A DNA stretch of 64,000 nt from an uncultured candidate division Zixibacteria bacterium. Lineage in GTDB: Bacteria > Zixibacteria > MSB-5A5 > GN15 > FEB-12. Shown piece by piece: positions 11,188 through 20,024 of this stretch; position 1 is the stretch's first letter, and each line of letters opens with the position of its first letter. The notes beneath the pieces were generated by a model, which was given only the letters and a program-made list of their open reading frames with translations, was not told where the DNA came from and did no database searches. The DNA lies in contig OY760907.1 in assembly GCA_963664195.1 (NCBI GenBank), forward strand, positions 608,001-672,000, in the 5' to 3' direction. The position numbers were made by a program, and so were the translations under genes.

Positions 11188-11487
11188 CTACCATTTCATA
11201 ATGCTGTAGTGGTCGGTGTCAATACCGCGCCAGTTGCGGTATATCAGCAGCACAATGGCCAGACCGATTGTCGCCTCGGCGGCAGCCACAACGATGATGA
11301 ACAGGGCAAAAATCTGCCCGGCCAACACCTCGGTGACTACATACCGGTTGAAAACGACAAAGTTTATGTTGGCCGCATTGAACATCAGCTCAAGCGACAT
11401 GAGCACGCCGATTGTATTGCGCCGCGTGATGACTCCGAACAGTCCGGCAGTGAAAAGGACAGCGGCAAGGGCTAAGTAAAACCACAT
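11188..11487 (-). CDS. nuoK: NADH-quinone oxidoreductase subunit K
   Basis: LMSLELMFNA, VAAAEATIGLA. Confidence 0.95.
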   Translation of the reverse strand: MWFYLALAAVLFTAGLFGVITRRNTIGVLMSLELMFNAANINFVVFNRYVVTEVLAGQIFALFIIVVAAAEATIGLAIVLLIYRNWRGIDTDHYSIMKW

Positions 11488-12005
11488 CAGGCCCTCTCCC
11501 TTCTCGCCAGCACGATCGCGCCGATCATGGCGGCCAACAACAACACCGATACTACCTCGAAGGGCAACATGTAATGGGTCATCAGCAGCTTACCAATCGT
11601 CATAATATTATCTGCGGGAAGCTCTTTGGTCGCAACGTGCCAGATATGTGCGTCTGTAGTTCCGTATAGGAGGACGATGGTCATTATCACGAAGACCGCA
11701 CAACCGATCAGCGCCACCATGGCATTTTCGTTTGTCTGCACGAGTTTTTTCGACGTCAGGTTGGTCGTCAACATGATAGCGAACACCATCAGGACGGACA
11801 CTGCGCCGACATAGATCAGTACCTGCGCCGCGGCAAGAAACTCTGCGTTGAGCAGAATGTAAATGCCTGCAACACCGGAAAGGCAGAAGATCAATGCGAT
11901 AGCACAGTGGAACACGTTTCGCAACGACACCACCATAAAAGCAGACAGCACGATCACGATCGAGAGAATCCAGAAGGGAATCCCAACCGAGAGTTGTTCA
12001 ACCAT
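11487..12005 (-). CDS. nuoJ: NADH-quinone oxidoreductase subunit J
   Basis: AEFLAAAQVLIYVGAV, PFEVVSVLLL. Confidence 0.95.
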   Translation of the reverse strand: MVEQLSVGIPFWILSIVIVLSAFMVVSLRNVFHCAIALIFCLSGVAGIYILLNAEFLAAAQVLIYVGAVSVLMVFAIMLTTNLTSKKLVQTNENAMVALIGCAVFVIMTIVLLYGTTDAHIWHVATKELPADNIMTIGKLLMTHYMLPFEVVSVLLLAAMIGAIVLARRERA

Positions 12006-12658
12006 TATTTCTCTTCTCCCCCGGTTTCGGATTTCTTGTCATCATCATCCTTGGCAGCCTTGTCAGGTTCCACGGTCTTATTTTCAGCGGCCGGAGCTTC
12101 GGGCGCAGGATTGGCAGAAGCTTCGGCCGGAGCCGGCTTGGCTTCGTCCTTGACCTCTGCGTCAGCTGCCGGTTTGGCGACAGGCTTCTTCTCTACCGGT
12201 TTTTTCTTCTTGCGCGTGTCCACGTAGTCAATCGGCTTGCCCATCTCCTGCAGCTTGTCCTTGTCCCAGATCAAATCAGCTTTGTCAAGGGTGGACATTT
12301 CGTAGTAGATGGAAGCCATCTTGATCGCACAGAAGTTGCAGGCCTCTTCGCACAGTCCGCAATAGCAGCAGAGAGTGTTATCCACGACGAACTTTTCGAG
12401 GTGTCGCTTTTTGTCCTCGCCGCGCGGGGCTTCGATACGAATTGCTGCCGTGGGGCAGGCCCGCATACAGAGCATACATCCGGTGCAGTTGAGTTCGCCG
12501 GTTTCCTTGTCCGAGAGCAGGACCACCACGCCTCTGGAGCGCTCCGGCATAGTCCATTTCTGCTCGGGGTACTGAATCGTAACCGCATGACGGCCCAGAT
12601 GTTTGCCGGCGATTCCCAAGCCTCGGATCAGTTCTTTTAAGTCCTTAATCACGCCCAT
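12005..12658 (-). CDS. nuoI: NADH-quinone oxidoreductase subunit I with a low-complexity C-terminal tail
   Basis: TIQYPE; two ferredoxin motifs CTGCMLCMRACP and CCYCGLCEEAC. Confidence 0.9.
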   Translation of the reverse strand: MGVIKDLKELIRGLGIAGKHLGRHAVTIQYPEQKWTMPERSRGVVVLLSDKETGELNCTGCMLCMRACPTAAIRIEAPRGEDKKRHLEKFVVDNTLCCYCGLCEEACNFCAIKMASIYYEMSTLDKADLIWDKDKLQEMGKPIDYVDTRKKKKPVEKKPVAKPAADAEVKDEAKPAPAEASANPAPEAPAAENKTVEPDKAAKDDDDKKSETGGEEK

Positions 12659-12675
12659 GAGATGTCATCCAACTC

Positions 12676-13740
12676 CTACCAGTGCCACTCAGCCAGTTTA
12701 AACACAGCGCCCACAATGAGATTCGCAAAAGTCACCGGCACGAGGAACTTCCAGGCAAAACCCATGAGCTGATCGACACGTAACCGGGGGTAACTCCAGC
12801 GGAAGAGCATCATGAGCAAAACAATACCCATCGTCTTCAGCAGGAACCACATCCATGACGGCAGGATAGCTCCCTGCCAACCGCCGAAAAACAGGGTGAC
12901 CGCAATCGCCGACACGGTGAACATGTTGACGAATTCAGCCAGGAAGAACATGGCGAATTTCATTCCGGAATATTCAATGTTAAAGCCGGCTATCAGCTCC
13001 TGTTCGGCCTCGGGAAGGTCAAACGGTGTGCGGTTGGCCTCAGCCGTAGCGGCTATCATATACGTTAGGAAAGCAATCGGTCCGAACGGGAGGCGGAAGA
13101 CGTTCCAGTTCCACATCCAACCCGACTGAGCCTCGACTATATCAACCATCGACAGCGATCCGGTGAACAGCACGATCACCAGAATCGACGCGACCATCGG
13201 GATTTCATAGCTTATGACCTGCGCCGCGGAGCGCATGCCGCCGAGGAGAGCGTACTTGTTGTTTGAAGCCCATCCGGCCATCAGCAGCGATATCACGGTG
13301 AACGTGGTCACTGCCATAATGTAGAGAATACCGATATTGAGGTCGGCCACAATGAGTCCGTCGCCGAACGGCATCACCACGTAGGCAAGAAACGCTGCCA
13401 CAAAGCAGATCACTGGTGCCCAGAAAAAGACCGGTTTGTCGCGGTTGTCGATCTTGACGTCCTCTTTTTGGAGCAGTTTGACCGCGTCCATCACCGTCTG
13501 GTACCAGCCGTGCCAGCCGTTACGCATCGGGCCGAAACGCTGCTGAATGTGTCCGGCGATTTTCCGCTCCCACCAGACCAGGAACAGGGCCAGCAGAGCG
13601 AGTACACCAAAAGTGACTGCAGCAAGAACGACGTAGCTGATAATCGTGTTAAAGGGCTCGCCAAGACCTATGTCTACCAGCAGGCCGTGCAGCCAGGCGA
13701 AGAGATGAGCCAGTTCCAGTTTGTCCAGAAATTCACTCAT
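12676..13740 (-). CDS. nuoH: NADH-quinone oxidoreductase subunit H
   Basis: ERKIAGHIQQRFGP, NRTPFDLPEAEQEL. Confidence 0.95.
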   Translation of the reverse strand: MSEFLDKLELAHLFAWLHGLLVDIGLGEPFNTIISYVVLAAVTFGVLALLALFLVWWERKIAGHIQQRFGPMRNGWHGWYQTVMDAVKLLQKEDVKIDNRDKPVFFWAPVICFVAAFLAYVVMPFGDGLIVADLNIGILYIMAVTTFTVISLLMAGWASNNKYALLGGMRSAAQVISYEIPMVASILVIVLFTGSLSMVDIVEAQSGWMWNWNVFRLPFGPIAFLTYMIAATAEANRTPFDLPEAEQELIAGFNIEYSGMKFAMFFLAEFVNMFTVSAIAVTLFFGGWQGAILPSWMWFLLKTMGIVLLMMLFRWSYPRLRVDQLMGFAWKFLVPVTFANLIVGAVFKLAEWHW

Positions 13741-14849
13741 TAGCGATCCACCTCTGGCAGAATGATGTCAAATGTCGCGAAGATGGCCACGATATCCGCA
13801 ATCAGGTAACCCCTGCCACGAACGATTTCCGGCAAAAACTGGAGCTGATTGTAGGAGCCGCCGCGTAGTTTCACACGGAGCGGCTTGTTAGTGCCATCGG
13901 ATTGTATATAACAGCCCATTTCACCGCGCGAGTTCTCGATACGTGTGTACACTTCACCAGCCGGCGGCTTGAAATTGGGCTTCACTTTGGCTTTGATTTC
14001 CCCTTCCGGAATACCGTCAAGCGCCTGCTCGATGATGCGAATAGACTGCTTGATCTCCGCCAGACGAATCAGGTAACGATCATAGTTATCGCCATTTTCG
14101 TACGTAGGAATATCAAAATCGAATTTGTCGTAAATTGAGTACGGATCGTCCCGGCGAAGGTCATGCTTGACATTTGAAGCCCGCAACACCGGACCGGAGA
14201 CCCCCCAGGCAATACCCTGGTCACCGTCAAATGTGCCGATGTTCTTCATCCGCACTTTGAAGATCGGGTTCTCGTTGAGCAGTCCTTCGTAGTCGGAGAA
14301 CTTGCCCTTGATGACGTTGAGTACCTCACGACACTTCTGCTCAAACCCCGGCTTGATGTCCTGAGAGACGCCACCGATACGGATATAATTGTATGTGAGG
14401 CGCTGACCACAGGTCTCTTCGAAAAGGTCGATAATGTACTCGCGCTCACGCAGTCCGTACAGGAACGGGGTCAGGGCACCGAGGTCCATCGCGGTGGTGC
14501 CGTAGAAAATCAAGTGCGAGGCTATCCGGTTGAGCTCCAGCATGATGACACGAAGATAATCAGCGCGCTCAGGCACTTCAATCCCCGCAAGTTTCTCGGC
14601 GCCAAGCGCCCAGACCATGTTGGAAGACATCGCGGTCACATACTCGAACCGATCCAGAACCGGAGTACATTGCGGATATGTCCTGTTTTCGCAGATCTTT
14701 TCGAGGGCGCGATGCAGGTAGCCGATCACCGGCTTGACATCGACAACCTGTTCACCGTCCATCGTAAGCATCAGGCGACACACGCCGTGCGTCGACGGAT
14801 GGACCGGGCCCATGTTGACGACATATTCTTCTGTCTTCAAATTACCCAT
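13740..14849 (-). CDS. nuoD: NADH-quinone oxidoreductase subunit D
   Basis: GPVHPSTHGV, GYLHR, C-terminal EVDR; no NiFe CxxC motifs. Confidence 0.95.
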   Translation of the reverse strand: MGNLKTEEYVVNMGPVHPSTHGVCRLMLTMDGEQVVDVKPVIGYLHRALEKICENRTYPQCTPVLDRFEYVTAMSSNMVWALGAEKLAGIEVPERADYLRVIMLELNRIASHLIFYGTTAMDLGALTPFLYGLREREYIIDLFEETCGQRLTYNYIRIGGVSQDIKPGFEQKCREVLNVIKGKFSDYEGLLNENPIFKVRMKNIGTFDGDQGIAWGVSGPVLRASNVKHDLRRDDPYSIYDKFDFDIPTYENGDNYDRYLIRLAEIKQSIRIIEQALDGIPEGEIKAKVKPNFKPPAGEVYTRIENSRGEMGCYIQSDGTNKPLRVKLRGGSYNQLQFLPEIVRGRGYLIADIVAIFATFDIILPEVDR

Positions 14850-14852
14850 ATA

Positions 14853-15323
14853 CTATAGCTCTGGCATCCTGACGAAATCGGGGGCATCCCAGGACTTGAG
14901 CATCGGATTGCCCTGATCCCAATCATCCGGCAGTAAAAAGCGTTCAAGATTATCGTGGTTCTTCACGTTGACGCCGTACAGCTCCCACAACTCCCGTTCA
15001 TACCAGCCAATACCGGGCCACACTTCCTGAACGGAGTCAATCTCGGGTTTCTCATACGGAAGCGAGAATTTGAAGTCAAGCCTCAGTTTGTTTGCAACGG
15101 AGGCTATCGAATAGATTACTTCCAGATGCTCGCCGGTGTCGACTCCACCCATATTACAGAGAAAATCGAAGGCCAGTTGAGTGTCGTCACGGAGGGCTTT
15201 GGCCACTGCGACAACATCCTCTGGCTTGATCTCGAACATGGGATCGAACTTCCCCGACTCCAGAAGCGTCAGTCTTCCATCGAAATGGCCTGACACATAT
15301 GCTGATAACTCTTCTTTGGTCAT
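14853..15323 (-). CDS. nuoC: NADH-quinone oxidoreductase subunit C
   Basis: WYERELWELYG, HDNLERFLLP; start at MTKEEL. Confidence 0.9.
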   Translation of the reverse strand: MTKEELSAYVSGHFDGRLTLLESGKFDPMFEIKPEDVVAVAKALRDDTQLAFDFLCNMGGVDTGEHLEVIYSIASVANKLRLDFKFSLPYEKPEIDSVQEVWPGIGWYERELWELYGVNVKNHDNLERFLLPDDWDQGNPMLKSWDAPDFVRMPEL

Positions 15324-15324
15324 C

Positions 15325-15837
15325 CTATTTTTCCTGCCAGTCTGACAACTTCTGTTTTTTGATCTTCTCCTGCAGGTGAATACAGCCTTCCAGCAGCGAC
15401 TCCGGACGCGGAGGGCAACCGGGAATGTACACATCGACCGGGAGAATGTGATCAACGCCCTTTTCGACGGCGTAGCTGTCATAGTAGAACGGACCGCCGT
15501 TGATCGTGCAACCGCCCATCGCAATCACATAGCGCGGCTCGGCCATCTGGTCGTAGACGCGACGGAGCCTCGGGGCCATTTTCTTGGTGATGGTGCCGGC
15601 GGTAATGATCAGGTCAGATTGCCGCGGCGTAGCGCGGAAAATCATGCCCAGACGATCAAAGTCGTACCTGGCCGCACCCGTGCACATCAGTTCGATCGCG
15701 CAACAGGCGGTGCCGAACAACATGTACCAGACCGAACAGGCCTGACCGTAGTGCAAGAGTTTTTCAACTGAGGTGCAAACGATTCCGCCGCCGGGGACTT
15801 TCTCTGCATACACAGGCAGCTTCTTAATCAGACCCAT
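15325..15837 (-). CDS. nuoB: NADH-quinone oxidoreductase subunit B
   Basis: ACCAIE, PRQSD, VDVYIPGCPPRPE. Confidence 0.95.
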   Translation of the reverse strand: MGLIKKLPVYAEKVPGGGIVCTSVEKLLHYGQACSVWYMLFGTACCAIELMCTGAARYDFDRLGMIFRATPRQSDLIITAGTITKKMAPRLRRVYDQMAEPRYVIAMGGCTINGGPFYYDSYAVEKGVDHILPVDVYIPGCPPRPESLLEGCIHLQEKIKKQKLSDWQEK

Positions 15838-16181
15838 CTGAGTACTCCCTTCCTCCAGGCATAAAACAGACCGAAAAACAGGATGAGGATGAAAATTACC
15901 ATCTCAACCAGCGCGTACAGTCCGAGCTGCCCGAATGCCACTGCCCAGGGAAACAGGAATACCGCTTCGACGTCGAATATCACGAAAATCAGCGCAAAAA
16001 TGTAGAACCGGTTGTTGAACTGAAACCAGGAACTACCGATTGTATCCTCTGCGCATTCGTAGGTATCCCCCTTGGCAGGGTAAGGATTCTTAGGTCGAAT
16101 AAGGCTCGCGAGAAAGAACGTAAACAGGACGATTACGCTCCCGGTAACGGCAAATATTAAGACCGCTAGATATTCAGACAT
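15828..16181 (-). CDS. nuoA: NADH-quinone oxidoreductase subunit A
   Basis: YEC, FVIFDVEAVFLFPWA. Confidence 0.95.
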   Translation of the reverse strand: MSEYLAVLIFAVTGSVIVLFTFFLASLIRPKNPYPAKGDTYECAEDTIGSSWFQFNNRFYIFALIFVIFDVEAVFLFPWAVAFGQLGLYALVEMVIFILILFFGLFYAWRKGVLRWV

Positions 16182-16215
16182 GCCGTATCACCTTTAATAT
16201 CAAACCAGACACACT

Positions 16216-16233
16216 ATGTGACCGATTTCACAA
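16216..16233. promoter_or_regulatory. Rex/CRP-type palindrome upstream of nuoA
   Basis: TGTGA-N6-TCACA (minus strand TTGTGAAATCGGTCACAT). Confidence 0.65.
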
Positions 16234-16244
16234 TTATGGCAGTG

Positions 16245-16273
16245 GAAGTAACCCGCTTTTGTCAAATTGTCAA
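16245..16273 (-). promoter_or_regulatory. Sigma70 promoter of the nuo operon
   Basis: TTGACA-17bp-TACTTC on the minus strand. Confidence 0.5.
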
Positions 16274-16565
16274 GCCCTTTTTGTCACTTCCACTATGACA
16301 ACTCGTTCACATGCAAGCAGAACCGCTGTCGTTGCGCTAATAGTACCAACTCAATCCCTTCACAGCAACAATTACTGTCATGTGACAGTCTACCCCAATT
16401 GCGCGGAGAAAGGACGGTCCGAACGTCTGTCGCTTGAATGGTTTGCAGCGCAGTGTCGTCGCAGGTCTGAAGACGGCCACTCGCGGCGATGATCTGCGCT
16501 ACGAAAACTGGGAGGACGGCCCCCGGAGACCTGCAGATCGCAGACACGTCGTATCCCAAACAGAA

Positions 16566-16597
16566 GCAGGCGCCCCGGAAATCTCCGGAGCGCCTAC
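16566..16597 (-). terminator. Probable terminator after ahpC
   Basis: Hairpin GTAGGCGCTCCGGA/TCCGGGGCGCCTGC followed by TTCTGTTT. Confidence 0.6.
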
Positions 16598-16647
16598 ATT
16601 AATAGCATAAGCGTCAATCTCGAATCAGGAGGAATCGCCGCTCAGTC

Positions 16648-17208
16648 TTAGATCTTACCAACCAGGTCCAGGCCCGGCTTGAGAGTCTTGCCACCCGGTT
16701 TCCAGGACGCCGGACAAACCTCGCCGTGTTTGGCCACAAACTGCGAGGCCTGCACTTTGCGAAGGATTTCCCCGGTCGAGCGACCGATGGAGTTGTCATT
16801 GACCTCGAAGGACTTCACATTGCCCTCCGGGTCGATGATGAACGTTCCACGAAGCGCCAGGCCGACGCCCTCAATCATGACACCGAAGTCACGGCTCAGG
16901 CTGCCGGACGGATCGGCAAGCATCGGAAACTCGATCCGCTTGATTGTCTCGGAAGTATCGTGCCAGGCCTTGTGACAAAAGACCGTGTCGGTCGAGGCGA
17001 CCAGCACTTCTGTGTTGATATCTCTGAAGGCCTGGTAGTTGTCTGCCAGTTCACCGAGTTCGGTCGGACAGACAAACGTGAAGTCGGCAGGGTAGAAAAA
17101 CAGGACCACCCATTTTCCTTTATAGTCGTCAAGATTAACTTTCGTGATGTCGCCTCTGTAGTAGGCTTCAGCTTCGAAAGAGGGGGCGTGTTGATTGATC
17201 GTTACCAT
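16648..17208 (-). CDS. ahpC: 2-Cys peroxiredoxin (AhpC)
   Basis: FYPADFTFVCPTE and GEVCPASW. Confidence 0.95.
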   Translation of the reverse strand: MVTINQHAPSFEAEAYYRGDITKVNLDDYKGKWVVLFFYPADFTFVCPTELGELADNYQAFRDINTEVLVASTDTVFCHKAWHDTSETIKRIEFPMLADPSGSLSRDFGVMIEGVGLALRGTFIIDPEGNVKSFEVNDNSIGRSTGEILRKVQASQFVAKHGEVCPASWKPGGKTLKPGLDLVGKI

Positions 17209-17365
17209 TGTCGTTTCCTTAAAGTCATCAAGTTCAGCATTGTGTATGCCATCCGTAACAGACAATATCTCCGAATGTTTCCGCACGGATCACAAAACTG
17301 ACGAAAGACACAAGAAAAGCACGATCATCGCCTCGTCCCCCATGAAAACGCATCCCAATAGGGAC

Positions 17366-17749
17366 TTAGAGGACCGCTATAGCATCTATTTCAACCTTCA
17401 CATCCTTTGGCAGGCGCCCCACCTGTACCGTAGCCCGGGCCGGCGGTGAAGTGACAAAATACGTGGCATACATATCATTAACAGGGCCAAAGTCATCCAT
17501 GTCTTCGAGATAAATAGTGGTCTTTACTACATTGGCAAAATCAGCTCCGGCGGCCTGGAGTACAGCACGAAGGTTCTGCATAACTTTCTGGCATTGTTCG
17601 CTGGCGGTTTGTCCGACGATTTCCATTGTCTCGGGATCGAGCGGGATCTGTCCGGAACAGAAGACCAGTTTGCCACAATCGGCCTTGACAGCCTGTGAGT
17701 ACGGCCCTATCGCTGCCGGGGCCTTATCGGTTTTAATCGGCTCTCTCAT
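17366..17749 (-). CDS. ridA: RidA family reactive intermediate deaminase
   Basis: APAAIGPYSQAV, SGQIPLDP, PARATVQV. Confidence 0.9.
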   Translation of the reverse strand: MREPIKTDKAPAAIGPYSQAVKADCGKLVFCSGQIPLDPETMEIVGQTASEQCQKVMQNLRAVLQAAGADFANVVKTTIYLEDMDDFGPVNDMYATYFVTSPPARATVQVGRLPKDVKVEIDAIAVL

Positions 17750-17855
17750 GATTTCTCCTACGGTTTCGCGTTTAATCAACACGAATATAGGAAGGCGTTG
17801 CTGGCCTCGCCAGTTAGTTTTGCGTGGGGGCGGCAGGTTCGGAACCGTCCGAAGA

Positions 17856-18836
17856 TCAGAGATCGCCGGACCCTGGTCCCATCAATTCGACAAAGGCGCG
17901 GAGGATTTGCTCGTCGTATGCCCCTTTGAGCGAAAAGATGATTCTCAGGGCCGGATACGTGTCCATCGCACGCTGGTACACGCGCTCAGTGGTCATAGCA
18001 TCGAAAGAGTCGCAAATGGCGACTATTTTGGAGTACACATGCATCTCGTCGAGCGATAATCCCTGCGGGTAACCGCGACGGTCTCCCCGCTCGTGATGCT
18101 GCAATATGACAAATGACGATCCCTCGGATATTTGTTCAGTTTCTTCAAGTATCTCGACGCCCCACTTGGGATGCTTTTTCATGATCTCGAACTCGATTGG
18201 AGTGAGCGAACCCCGCTTGTTGAGAATGCGATCAGAAATCCGGGACTTGCCGACATCGTGCAGCAGCGCCCCGACACCAAGCTCCTGAAGAAACTGCTCG
18301 TCATCAAACCCGAGCTTCTGTGCCAGCGCTATGGCAAAGGTGCAAACATTCACCGAGTGCGTGTAGGTGTAGTAATCGAACGACGTGATCTTCAGCAGAC
18401 TCAAAAACGCCGCCCGACCCTGAAGGATGAAGTCAACGGTTGTTGACACCAGCTCTTTGGAACGCTGGATGTTTTCGCCAAAGGTCGGGTTATTTAGAAC
18501 GTCTTTGACGAGATTCGTAGAGGTGTCGTAAAGGATGCCGGCTTTGCGTTCTTCCTGGATTCCGGGGTCGGCAAGTATCTTGTCAAGGTTCTGCTCGATA
18601 TAGCGCTGGTACTTGTCTCGATTCTGGAATGGGACATACAGGCGATCAACTTTGTTTTCAAGCAGTTTCTGACGCGTTCGTTCGGTGAACGGCAGATCGG
18701 GTGATCGATAGAGAACCAGTTGATGGTTGATGCTCAGATATAGATCGAAATCAAGGACAGAATCCACCCGGAGCGACTCCAGGTAGATGGGCATGAACTT
18801 CTCTTCGGAGCGATTTCTGATAGCTGTGGACGACAT
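17856..18836 (-). CDS. HD-GYP domain cyclic-dinucleotide phosphodiesterase
   Basis: YTHSVNV, LHDVGK, HHERGDRRGYP, ICDSFDAMT. Confidence 0.9.
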   Translation of the reverse strand: MSSTAIRNRSEEKFMPIYLESLRVDSVLDFDLYLSINHQLVLYRSPDLPFTERTRQKLLENKVDRLYVPFQNRDKYQRYIEQNLDKILADPGIQEERKAGILYDTSTNLVKDVLNNPTFGENIQRSKELVSTTVDFILQGRAAFLSLLKITSFDYYTYTHSVNVCTFAIALAQKLGFDDEQFLQELGVGALLHDVGKSRISDRILNKRGSLTPIEFEIMKKHPKWGVEILEETEQISEGSSFVILQHHERGDRRGYPQGLSLDEMHVYSKIVAICDSFDAMTTERVYQRAMDTYPALRIIFSLKGAYDEQILRAFVELMGPGSGDL

Positions 18837-18904
18837 TTGTCTCTCTATACCCTAGATTGCACGACCCAAACGGCCAGTTTCAGGATACAAACCCGTTACT
18901 CAGC

Positions 18905-18932
18905 ATATCGGCAGAAAAGTAAGAGGACTTGA
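18905..18932 (-). promoter_or_regulatory. Sigma28 (FliA)-type promoter for the HD-GYP gene
   Basis: TCAA-N16-GCCGATAT on the minus strand. Confidence 0.55.
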
Positions 18933-19047
18933 AAAATCAAGAAGAGAAGCCGGAAAAAGTACTGATTGTCGTGACGGCAGGGAGCAAAAAAAGAAGCCGG
19001 AATCAGTATTGATTCCGGCTCGCTGTGAAAACAGTCGAGGATTGTAA

Positions 19048-19686
19048 TCAGGCGCCAAAGTTCTTCACGGTCGAGAGAACAGACTGGAGGCGACCGGTGA
19101 TGTCTGAAAGTATGCCGGAGTATCTTTTCAAGATTTCCGAGTACTGCCAACGCATTTCGAAGGCTTTTTCCGGAAAGTCAAACAGGTCCAGCAACGTAAT
19201 TTTATGGATTTCATCGATATATTTCACAACGTCGTAGGGGTATTCGACCACGTTTGGATCGTGCACATCGCCCTTTCCCAGGCGGTCGCGGTACACCTCT
19301 ACCTTTTCGAGGACGACCGTACCAAAGCACCACGGGGTCATGATGACGCCAAAATTGGAACCGTCGGTGTAAAAACGGCGGATGGTTCTCATTACCAGAT
19401 CAACGATAACACCACGTGCACGATAGTAGGCCAGCGTTTCGGCATTGTCAGCGTCCGTCCTCTCTATCTTCTGGTCAAGGGAAGCCCTTTCGGCCTTTGC
19501 GCGATCGTAGGCGGTCTCAAGGAAGGAATAGAAATCTTCGAAATAGACCTTGGCGCTTTCGGAGAGCGAGCGGATAAAGAATCCGTTTTCGTCTTCGCGT
19601 ACTTTCGGTTCCTGTCTTGATCCCAGTCGTTCCGGTGAAAAGCCTCTGTGAAACTGTCCGTCCAGCATATGGTCTCCTTCGTCCAT
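19048..19686 (-). CDS. Hypothetical protein (212 aa)
   Basis: Protein-like ORF with a sigma54-like promoter upstream; no family recognised. Confidence 0.75.
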   Translation of the reverse strand: MDEGDHMLDGQFHRGFSPERLGSRQEPKVREDENGFFIRSLSESAKVYFEDFYSFLETAYDRAKAERASLDQKIERTDADNAETLAYYRARGVIVDLVMRTIRRFYTDGSNFGVIMTPWCFGTVVLEKVEVYRDRLGKGDVHDPNVVEYPYDVVKYIDEIHKITLLDLFDFPEKAFEMRWQYSEILKRYSGILSDITGRLQSVLSTVKNFGA

Positions 19687-19709
19687 CGTGTCTCTCTGCG
19701 GTTAGCTAG

Positions 19710-19725
19710 AGCATAAGCTGTGCCA
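19710..19725 (-). promoter_or_regulatory. Sigma54 -24/-12 promoter
   Basis: TGGCACAGCTTATGCT on the minus strand. Confidence 0.6.
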
Positions 19726-19937
19726 TTAGCAAATACCGGGGTGACAGACCGATATGACGGCGGTATCCTATTGTAGTACTTAGACTACTGACAGAAGGGA
19801 AAAGTTTGCGGGAATCTGCACGTGGAAGCAGAGATAGGCAATTCATTGCGCTAATAGGCAGCCAACTTCCGAATGAGCAAGGTCTTTCATATCATAAACG
19901 GCTGCCGACTGCACATATGGCCTTACTGTTCAATTCT

Positions 19938-19963
19938 TGAACAAATGACAGGCTCGCCCGTTA
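19938..19963 (+). promoter_or_regulatory. ECF sigma-type promoter
   Basis: TGAAC-N16-CGTTA. Confidence 0.5.
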
Positions 19964-20024
19964 GTATAGGTAGCATTGCAAACCCCATCACTGCCGAAGA
20001 CTATCGTGGAGGAAGAATACGGCC

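Noticed and set aside
13740..14849. Group 4 NiFe hydrogenase large subunit
   Set aside because: No N- or C-terminal CxxC metal ligands; ends in EVDR like NuoD
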